This document shows positions 30,173 to 37,398 of a DNA stretch of 64,000 nucleotides, piece after piece (the stretch's first letter is position 1; every line of letters starts with the position of its first letter). Source of the stretch: Glaciecola sp. MH2013 (GTDB lineage: Bacteria; Pseudomonadota; Gammaproteobacteria; Enterobacterales; Alteromonadaceae); assembly GCF_015595035.1 (NCBI RefSeq), contig NZ_JADNRN010000002.1, positions 262,647-326,646 on the forward strand, written 5' to 3'. The position numbers and the translations under genes were made by a program. The notes beneath the pieces are model-generated. The model made no database searches, was not told where the DNA came from, and saw only the letters and a program-made list of their open reading frames with translations.

Positions 30173-31396
30173 TTAACCTTTTACACAAACAATTTGCTTC
30201 AAGGTATAAACGACTTCAACAAGATCCTTCTGTGCTTCCATAACCTTTTCGATGTCTTTGTATGCGTGTGGTATCTCGTCTATGACTGATTCGTCCTTCC
30301 TACATTCAACACCTTCGGTCGCAGCAATTTGATCTTTCACATTGTAAATCTTCTTGGCTTTAGTTCTCGACATCACACGACCAGCACCGTGGCTGCAGCT
30401 ATTAAAGCTTTCTGGATTTCCCAAGCCTCTTACGATGAAAGAGCGAGCGCCCATACTTCCTGGAATGATCCCCATTTCGCCTTTTTCAGCCCTTACAGCC
30501 CCTTTTCTGGTAACGTAGCATTCTTTGCCAAAGTGACGTTCGCGCGAAATATAATTATGGTGACAATTTACAGCAAGCTCAGCAGTCGAAAATGGCACTG
30601 GCAACTGTTTTCGTAACGCAGCTATTGCATTGAACATCATAACTTCACGATTTTTCGCTGCGAAGTCTTGAGCCCACTCTACGGCTTCAACATAGTCGTT
30701 GAAATAGTCGCTTCCCTCCTCAAGGTAAGCCAAGTCCATATCCGGCAGGTTTATTTGATGGCGCTGCATTTCTTTCTTCGCTAATTCAATAAAATAGCTA
30801 CCAATGCGGTTTCCAACACCGCGACTACCTGAGTGAAGCATTATCCACACAGCATCATTTTCATCTAAACAAAGCTCCAAAAAGTGATTCCCTGTTCCCA
30901 TCGTGCCAAGGTGTTTAACGTTGTTACTTTTCTCGATCGCCGGGTGCTTGGCGCAGATCCGTTCAAAGCGAGCTTGCAACTTCAACCACTCTCCGGCAAC
31001 AAGGTCTGGAATGTTATGCCAAGCACCTCTATCTGCTCGCCCTCGACCACTTGTTCTACCATGGGGAACGGCTGCCTCAAAAGCGTGCCTAATTGCAGAT
31101 AAGTTATCAGGCAACTGGCTAGCCTTTAGGGTTGTTTTAGTTGCTACCATGCCGCAACCAATATCAACACCAACAGCAGCTGGTATAACAGCATCAACAG
31201 ATGGAATAACACTCCCAATCGTTGCGCCCTTGCCTAGATGTACGTCTGGCATCACTGCAATGTGCGAATGTACCAGTGGCATTGATGCTATATTTTTTAA
31301 TTGCTGCTGAGCTTTTTCTTCAAAAGGGACTCCCTTAGTCCACGCTTTGATTGGTGCGCTTCCTTCATTCTCTATCACGTTGTAGTTCTTACACAT
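30173..31396 (-). CDS. rtcB: RNA-splicing ligase RtcB
   Basis: 407 aa; ...KAWTKGVPFEE...HIAVMPDVHLGKGATIGSVIPS...GTMGTGNHF...HSGSRGVG...HGAGR metal- and GMP-binding motifs. Confidence 0.95.
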   Translation of the reverse strand: MCKNYNVIENEGSAPIKAWTKGVPFEEKAQQQLKNIASMPLVHSHIAVMPDVHLGKGATIGSVIPSVDAVIPAAVGVDIGCGMVATKTTLKASQLPDNLSAIRHAFEAAVPHGRTSGRGRADRGAWHNIPDLVAGEWLKLQARFERICAKHPAIEKSNNVKHLGTMGTGNHFLELCLDENDAVWIMLHSGSRGVGNRIGSYFIELAKKEMQRHQINLPDMDLAYLEEGSDYFNDYVEAVEWAQDFAAKNREVMMFNAIAALRKQLPVPFSTAELAVNCHHNYISRERHFGKECYVTRKGAVRAEKGEMGIIPGSMGARSFIVRGLGNPESFNSCSHGAGRVMSRTKAKKIYNVKDQIAATEGVECRKDESVIDEIPHAYKDIEKVMEAQKDLVEVVYTLKQIVCVKG

Positions 31397-31423
31397 TATA
31401 ATTTCCTTAAATATTCTTTTTTA

Positions 31424-32578
31424 TCAAGCTATGTTGACGGTGCCATTCATTAGGCCTTCCAAGCCACCGTAAACAGTCAAGCTATCAATTCTTTCAGCCA
31501 CCTTTTCAAGGGCTTCGAGCTCCTTTAGCCGCATCAATGTTGGGTTGTTTTCCATGACTTTTGCGGTGTTATGCAAGCTTCTTGTTGCAGAGGTTTCTTC
31601 ACGTCTTTTTATTACGTTTGCCTCTGCCGCTTTTTGCGCTTCGACTACCTGATTCAATATTGCTTTCATCTCACCGGGCAAGATGATGTCTTTCACTCCA
31701 ACACTTACAAGTGATACACCAACATCTGCTAGCCGCTCGAATGCCAGTTCTTTAACTGTCTCATTCACGTACAATTTATCTAACAAAATATCATCCAAAG
31801 ACTTAGTGCCGACGGCTTCCCTCAATGCTAACTGCAGTGCCTTATAAATAAAGTCATCTACTTTATCGACACTACGTGCTGCTAACTCGGCATCATCTAC
31901 TTTGATACTTGCGCTTAAATTAATTCGCAAACTCACTCTGTCTTTGCTCAAAATTTCTTGCCCAGAAATCTCAAGCAATTGAGTTCTACAATCAAAAGAC
32001 TTCAATTCAATGTCGTGATTAAACTGCCAAAACCCATGTTGACCAGGAGATAGCTTTCGCAGCAATTGACCATTTACATAAAGTAAGCCGATATGATTTT
32101 TGTCTACATTCAAATCAGCAATTGGTTTAACTGCTACGGTGCGCTCGCTTCTAATGAGACGTGACGCTGCATTGGCACCAGCTCTGTTGACTAGAAAAAG
32201 CGTTTTATCATCAACATCGATACTTTCATCAATAGAAATTTTTTCTACCCTTATATCGCCAGCATCTTTCCAAAGATATAGATGCTCACTTGGCGCCACG
32301 ATACCTCTGAGTAAATCGTCAACGTAAAGCAAACCCACTTCTGTACTTTTTAGCTTCCAATGAGATATATGCTCTGCGAATACTGTTTGATTACGATATA
32401 AGCGTTCAGCGTTTTTTTCGGAAAAGAACAGGGTATTGATGTCAAAATAGATAAACTCAAATTCATTCTTGATGTCCCAGATTCTGTGTCTTCCTGGTTT
32501 TATTACGCTGTTAAACTGTTGATTTTTGTATGCCAAAACTCTTTGGTTTTCTGCTACTACTAGTGTTTTTATGAACAT
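31424..32578 (-). CDS. cytoplasmic SPFH/band-7 (slipin-like) domain protein, first gene of the rtc operon
   Basis: C-terminal half has the SPFH core and coiled coil (...GVKDIILPGEMKAILNQVVEAQKAAEANVIKRREETSATRSL...). N-terminal roughly 200 aa holds an internal duplication (VGLLYVDDLLRGIVAPSEHLYLWKD / IGLLYVNGQLLRKLSPGQHGFWQFN) and no TM helix. 27 nt upstream of rtcB on the same strand. Confidence 0.7.
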   Translation of the reverse strand: MFIKTLVVAENQRVLAYKNQQFNSVIKPGRHRIWDIKNEFEFIYFDINTLFFSEKNAERLYRNQTVFAEHISHWKLKSTEVGLLYVDDLLRGIVAPSEHLYLWKDAGDIRVEKISIDESIDVDDKTLFLVNRAGANAASRLIRSERTVAVKPIADLNVDKNHIGLLYVNGQLLRKLSPGQHGFWQFNHDIELKSFDCRTQLLEISGQEILSKDRVSLRINLSASIKVDDAELAARSVDKVDDFIYKALQLALREAVGTKSLDDILLDKLYVNETVKELAFERLADVGVSLVSVGVKDIILPGEMKAILNQVVEAQKAAEANVIKRREETSATRSLHNTAKVMENNPTLMRLKELEALEKVAERIDSLTVYGGLEGLMNGTVNIA

Positions 32579-32759
32579 TAAAAAATTCCTTATTTAGTCC
32601 TCTTTGAAGAGGGGGTTAGTAAGTGTTAAGTACTTGTTCGATAAGGGCCTGAAACATAACAACCACGGGGAGCGTCCTGCTTGCCATAGCGCATTTGTTC
32701 TTGGCGTTTACCCAACATTGGTAATCACAACTTACTAACGCTTAGTTACTTATCATTGT

Positions 32760-32831
32760 ATAAAGGATGGGAATTGAACCCATAACCCTCGAATTAAAAA
32801 TTCGATGCTCTACCAATTGAGCTACCTGTAT
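32760..32831 (-). ncRNA. tRNA-like element A (72 nt; Lys-UUU-like anticodon loop; AU-rich acceptor stem; no CCA)
   Basis: Minus-strand read ATACAGG-TA-GCTC-AATTGGTA-GAGC-A-TCGAA-TTTTTAA-TTCGA-GGGTT-ATGGG-TTCAATT-CCCAT-CCTTTAT gives a full cloverleaf with G18G19 and a TTCRANY T-loop; one acceptor mismatch; A1:U72. Confidence 0.75.
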
Positions 32832-32898
32832 TTAAGGAAGGATTCGAACCTTCGCCAATAGCCCTATGCTATTGCTCTATCCTCTGAGCTACTTAAAT
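32830..32898 (-). ncRNA. tRNA-like element B (69 nt; non-canonical anticodon loop CATAGGG with A33; 3-nt variable loop)
   Basis: ATTTAAG-TA-GCTC-AGAGGATA-GAGC-AATAG-CATAGGG-CTATT-GGC-GAAGG-TTCGAAT-CCTTC-CTTAAAT; perfect 7-bp AT-rich acceptor; overlaps element A by 2 nt. Confidence 0.7.
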
Positions 32899-32901
32899 GT
32901 T

Positions 32902-32970
32902 TATTAAGATGGGACTCGAACCCATGACCTTCGAAAAAATTCGATGCTCTTCCTCCTGAGCTACTTAATA
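32902..32970 (-). ncRNA. tRNA-like element C (69 nt; anticodon arm collapsed to TCGAA-TTTT-TTCGA, 4-nt loop)
   Basis: TATTAAG-TA-GCTC-AGGAGGAA-GAGC-A-TCGAATTTTTTCGA-AGGTC-ATGGG-TTCGAGT-CCCAT-CTTAATA; same T-stem as element A; cannot decode. Confidence 0.7.
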
Positions 32971-33060
32971 TCTGTTTGATCAGGTATACGCATTCGCAGA
33001 GCTCAGCGCACCGGGGTGATGTTTTGAATCACACCCACTTAATCAGACGAATAGGTATTT

Positions 33061-33076
33061 ACAAGTCACGTGCCAG
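33061..33076 (-). promoter_or_regulatory. putative sigma-54 (-24/-12) promoter for the tRNA-like, SPFH, rtcB, rtcA transcript
   Basis: Minus strand reads cTGGCACgtgacTTGTa: a perfect -24 TGGCAC with a -12 TTGT (consensus TTGC) at correct spacing. It lies between divergent rtcR and the operon, as in the RtcR-dependent enterobacterial rtc promoters. No other GG-N10-GC candidate in the intergenic region. Confidence 0.35.
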
Positions 33077-33211
33077 CTTTTACTTTTATTTTAAATTTGT
33101 AGTTAAGTTATTGTTTTAATTTACTTAAGTATGTTTTTTTGTGACTTTCGTAGGTTTTTAATTGAAATTCAAAGAATAAAAAAGTACTGTTTTGGATATT
33201 AAAGTATCTAT

Positions 33212-34825
33212 ATGGATAGTGTTGTGAAAGATGTAGTTGTTGTTAGTTTGATTGGCACACAATTAGATTATGTAGGTAAGAGAGTTGACCGATGGGCCAA
33301 GTGGCGACCTAACGTCAGCCTCTGCAGCCAAGATGATTTGGTGATAAATCAGCTTCACCTTTTGCATGATAACCATAGTAATCGTCTCGCTAACGATGTC
33401 ACCGTCGACATTGAATCAGTCTCTCCAGAAACCGAAGTTAGTCTGCATAGTGTTAATTTTCAGAATCCATGGGATTTTGAAGAAGTTTACGCGAAACTGT
33501 TTGATTGGTGCCTTCAGCAAGATTTTGATACCGACAAAAATGACTATTTATTCCATATAACAACAGGGACACATGTTGTTCAGATATGCAGTTATTTACT
33601 TACCGAAAGTCGCCACTTCCCAGGTCGTCTCATTCAGACATCACCTGATCATAACAATAAGAACAAATCGATTGGTCGGATACAAATTATCGATTTAGAT
33701 CTATCTAGGTATGATCAACTCGCGACGAGATTTGATGTTGAACACCAAGAAGGTAAAGAGTTCTTAAAAGGGGGCATTGAAACCAAAAATAAAGATTTTA
33801 ATAATCTCATTGGGCAAATTGAGAAAGTGGCGATTCGCTCAAAAGATCCGATGTTACTCACCGGACCTACAGGTGCAGGAAAGAGTCAGTTAGCTACGCG
33901 AATATTTCAGCTAAAAAAGAAACGTTCAATGCTGAAAGGCACGCTAGTGTCGGTGAACTGCGCGACCTTGAAGGGTGAAAATGCTATGGCCGCATTGTTT
34001 GGCCACACAAAGGGCGCTTTTACTGGCGCTTTAAAAGCGAGGGATGGGTTTTTACTTACTGCGAATGAGGGGGTTCTTTTTCTAGATGAAATAGGTGAGC
34101 TTGGTTTGGAAGAGCAAGCCATGCTGTTACATGCGATTGAAAACAAGAGCTTTCATCCTGTTGGAAGTGATGCAGTAGTTAACAGTGGTTTTCAACTCAT
34201 TGCAGGCACGAATAAAAATCTGAAGGAGGAAATTAAAAAAGGTGCTTTTCGAGAAGATTTGCTTGCGAGAATAAACCTTTGGACATACGAACTACCAGCT
34301 CTTAAAGATAGGAAGGAAGACATTCCTGCAAATGTTGATTATGAGATTGAGTTGTATTCCCAAAAGTCGGGGCATCGAGTGCAGTTCAATAAGGAAGCTA
34401 AAAGTCGTTTTATTGGCTTTGCAGTATCTAATAAAGCCACATGGTCTGGAAACTTCAGAGATTTAAGCTCGGCAATAACACGGCTTTGCACCTTGGCAGA
34501 TTCATCAAGAATTACTATTGCAGATGTTGAAGACGAGATTGAGAAATTAACGCGCGCTTGGAGTTCATCGGGTGAACAAACTCACACTGATATTTTAAAT
34601 AGCTATTTATCAACAGAGCAGATTCAGCAACTTGATAAGTTTGATGCACAACAACTGAGTTATGTTTTGGCGGTTTGCCAGCGACACACTAGCATGGCAT
34701 CTGCCGGCAGAGAGTTGTTTGATGTTAGCCGAACATTTAAATCTCAACCGAATGATTCAAGTCGTTTACAAAAGTATTTGAATAAATTTGGTTTAAAGTG
34801 GAGAGATATCCGAAGTATCGATTGA
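33212..34825 (+). CDS. rtcR: sigma-54-dependent transcriptional activator RtcR (CARF, AAA+, HTH)
   Basis: 537 aa. N-terminal CARF-like VVVSLIGTQLDYVGKRVDRWAKWRPNVSLC; Walker A GPTGAGKSQLA; GAFTGA sigma-54 contact motif; near-colinear with E. coli RtcR as recalled. Confidence 0.9.
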   Translation: MDSVVKDVVVVSLIGTQLDYVGKRVDRWAKWRPNVSLCSQDDLVINQLHLLHDNHSNRLANDVTVDIESVSPETEVSLHSVNFQNPWDFEEVYAKLFDWCLQQDFDTDKNDYLFHITTGTHVVQICSYLLTESRHFPGRLIQTSPDHNNKNKSIGRIQIIDLDLSRYDQLATRFDVEHQEGKEFLKGGIETKNKDFNNLIGQIEKVAIRSKDPMLLTGPTGAGKSQLATRIFQLKKKRSMLKGTLVSVNCATLKGENAMAALFGHTKGAFTGALKARDGFLLTANEGVLFLDEIGELGLEEQAMLLHAIENKSFHPVGSDAVVNSGFQLIAGTNKNLKEEIKKGAFREDLLARINLWTYELPALKDRKEDIPANVDYEIELYSQKSGHRVQFNKEAKSRFIGFAVSNKATWSGNFRDLSSAITRLCTLADSSRITIADVEDEIEKLTRAWSSSGEQTHTDILNSYLSTEQIQQLDKFDAQQLSYVLAVCQRHTSMASAGRELFDVSRTFKSQPNDSSRLQKYLNKFGLKWRDIRSID

Positions 34826-34848
34826 TAAATAGCTTTGCAACATAACGC

Positions 34849-37398
34849 CTATTTCACTAGTCCATCTACAAAGTTTTTGATATCTGTATTACTGAATGGT
34901 TTAGATAGCAGTTCTACATTTTCAAAACCTTCCTTTTTGATGCCCTGAAGTTCACTATATCCTGTAACGAAAATGAATGGGATGCACAGTTCTTTAAGGT
35001 GCTTGGCGATTGAAATGCTGTTTTCGCCTCCTAAGTTAACATCAAGTATGGCAAACGAGATGCTTTCCTTATTGATGATTTTAATAGCGTCAGCAGAGCT
35101 AGCGGAGACGAATACCTTTTTAACACCCAGAGCATAGAGTGTGTCTTCAAGGTCTAAGGCAATAATCATATTGTCTTCGACAATCAACGCACTAGATAGA
35201 GCATTTCTTGCAGTAGGTGAGCTAAGTGTGTGTTCTGATGAATTTTCGTAAGGTTTTGGTTGCGCATCTGTTGTTACTACAAATTTACTGGGGACACTCA
35301 GTGTTACATCTATTCCATTGCCATGCGCTATTACATCTGCGGTTCCATTTAAGTCGAAGGGAATGGAGCGACTTATAATAATCGAACCGAAACCTTTTTT
35401 AGTAGCCAGTTCATTTTCATAACCAGATTCCTGCCAATCAATCGTTAAATCCTTGTTGTGCGATAAACTCCATTCAATTTTTATTTGTCCACGATCGTTT
35501 CGCAAAGCGCCATGTTTAACAGCGTTTGTTACTAACTCGTGAACAACCAATGTAAGGGTAGTGTACGCCTTAGGTAACAGATTTACCGATGGGCCTTCAA
35601 TAATCACATTGTTTTCTATGTTTTCAGTAAAAGGGTTTAACTCTGTTTCAATAAGCTCTTGAAGTGGTGCATGGCTCCAATTGCGTTTAGTAAGGTGGTT
35701 TTGTGCAACCGCAATAGCTTCAATTCTCCCTCCAAGCACTTGCTTAAACTCAGAGATATCTACTGCATTACTGGCCGTTTTTGATATCACCGAGCTAATC
35801 AGACCCAATATGTTTCTTACTCTATGATTCAGCTCGTGAATCAGCATATCTTGCTGTTGTTGTGATTCTCTTATCAAGCGCTCACGTTCATCAATGTTAC
35901 GAATAACAATTTCCATAAGCATTTGTCGGAAAAGCTTTGCTAAGCCAATTTCTTTTTCTAACCAAGGCGCACTGAAGCCTTTCCTTAGCTCTTGCCAAGC
36001 GGCAAAACTTTTTCGTGGTGTTAATCTTGATCCATTTGGGCCCAGACTAACTGGTTTTTCTGGGTTGCCAGCCCATGATATTGCTTGAGTCTCTTCTTTG
36101 CGAAGAAAAATCATGAAGTCTTTGGGATGTCTCGAAATTGGTATTGCGAGCATACCTGCGTAGCGTTCAGAAACGGTCAGTTCTGAGTCTAGAAATGAAG
36201 CTAAATTATCAGAGTAAACTACCTCATTAGTAGGGTAATTATTTAATTCCTTTAGAATAAGCTGAATATCCTCATCACTGATTTCAGCTCCAGTTTGAGC
36301 CATTTTTTTATCGACCCACAAAACAGTGCTATCAGACTGAATGAGCTCATGAAAGCTATCGATATGCGGTACTAAATTGTTATACACAGTCTCTTCATTA
36401 TTCATTGCAGACATAATACTGACTTGAAGGCTTCGAGCTCTGTCAGTATCGACCATACTTGCATTGCGAAGTCGGCCCGCAAGTTCCAATGAAAATACTT
36501 CTCCGTATACCTCTATTATCGACCGCAATTCTAAACTCATATATTTCGCACTATTGTGATGGCAAGCAAACAGCCCCCACAATTCCCCATCAACCACAAT
36601 ACTTAATGAGAAACTAGCTCCTACACCCATATTCTTCAAATACTCAATATGTATCGGCGATACTGCTCTGAGTGAACTAAGAGAAAGGTCGATTGCTTCT
36701 TCGTTACTGTCGTTCGAACCTATTATGTCGATCGTTTCGGCGTCTACATCTTCAATTTGGCGCGTTAGGTTCTTTACGTATAAGCGCCGGGCTTGTTTGG
36801 GGATGTCAGAGGCTGGGTAGCGTAAACCGAAGAAGCTTTCCATTTCGTGAGTTTTATTTTCTGCAATAACTTCGCCTGTACCATCGTTGTGAAAGCGATA
36901 AAGCATGATCCTATCGTAGCCTGTTAGTTGACTAATTTGTTCGGTCGCATGCACAAACAAACTCTGCATTGAATCGGTTTGAGAAAGAGATCTCAGGGTA
37001 TCTCTAAAACTGGGAAGTGACCTTCGTTGTTGTACAGGTTGGTGATATTCAAATTCAACTATTACTAATTCGCCGCTTTTGTGAATACTGATATCGTAGG
37101 ATGTTTTTCGGTCAAAAATAAACTCAGCAAATACGCGTTGTGTTTGCTCTGGTGCAAGCTCTTGAGCGAAGTGTTTAATTTCAGTGAATATTGAAGGGGA
37201 AATTAATTGCTCACTTGGTATTTTGAAGCACTCCTCGATACTCAAATTAGTAAATTTCTCGATATTTTTTGAGCAATAAGCCAAACGCCAATCTTGCGTA
37301 AAGGCAATAAATCCGCCATACGCCTGTATCTTTCCGACTAAGTGAATCGCTTCTTTATCGCAGCTAGATAAGTCGACATTTTTATATGAGTTACTCAT
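34849..37398 (-). CDS. bphP: bacteriophytochrome with HWE/HisKA_2-type kinase and C-terminal receiver
   Basis: N-terminal SSCDKEAIHLVGKIQAYGGFIAF (biliverdin Cys plus IH..G.IQ motif); GAF/PHY; H-box HELNHRVRNILGLISSV; C-terminal REC (ALIVEDNMIIALDLEDTL...FAILDVNL). Start taken at ATG 37398 (MSNSYKN...), which overlaps the upstream kinase stop as ATGAGTAA; the ORF also opens at 37458. Confidence 0.8.
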   Translation of the reverse strand: MSNSYKNVDLSSCDKEAIHLVGKIQAYGGFIAFTQDWRLAYCSKNIEKFTNLSIEECFKIPSEQLISPSIFTEIKHFAQELAPEQTQRVFAEFIFDRKTSYDISIHKSGELVIVEFEYHQPVQQRRSLPSFRDTLRSLSQTDSMQSLFVHATEQISQLTGYDRIMLYRFHNDGTGEVIAENKTHEMESFFGLRYPASDIPKQARRLYVKNLTRQIEDVDAETIDIIGSNDSNEEAIDLSLSSLRAVSPIHIEYLKNMGVGASFSLSIVVDGELWGLFACHHNSAKYMSLELRSIIEVYGEVFSLELAGRLRNASMVDTDRARSLQVSIMSAMNNEETVYNNLVPHIDSFHELIQSDSTVLWVDKKMAQTGAEISDEDIQLILKELNNYPTNEVVYSDNLASFLDSELTVSERYAGMLAIPISRHPKDFMIFLRKEETQAISWAGNPEKPVSLGPNGSRLTPRKSFAAWQELRKGFSAPWLEKEIGLAKLFRQMLMEIVIRNIDERERLIRESQQQQDMLIHELNHRVRNILGLISSVISKTASNAVDISEFKQVLGGRIEAIAVAQNHLTKRNWSHAPLQELIETELNPFTENIENNVIIEGPSVNLLPKAYTTLTLVVHELVTNAVKHGALRNDRGQIKIEWSLSHNKDLTIDWQESGYENELATKKGFGSIIISRSIPFDLNGTADVIAHGNGIDVTLSVPSKFVVTTDAQPKPYENSSEHTLSSPTARNALSSALIVEDNMIIALDLEDTLYALGVKKVFVSASSADAIKIINKESISFAILDVNLGGENSISIAKHLKELCIPFIFVTGYSELQGIKKEGFENVELLSKPFSNTDIKNFVDGLVK

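Noticed and set aside
31424-32578. The SPFH gene as an Rsr/Ro60 ortholog
   Set aside because: Rsr is about 500 aa or more with TROVE/HEAT and vWA domains. This protein is 384 aa with a clear band-7 core and no vWA-like MIDAS motif.
32760-32970. Interpreting the three elements as ordinary tRNA genes (Lys, Leu and similar)
   Set aside because: They are abutting with no spacers. Every 1:72 pair is A-U and no CCA is encoded. Element B has A33 and a 3-nt variable loop, and element C has a 4-nt anticodon loop. They lie inside an operon leader on the same strand as rtc genes. This fits tRNA mimics better, though element A alone could be functional.
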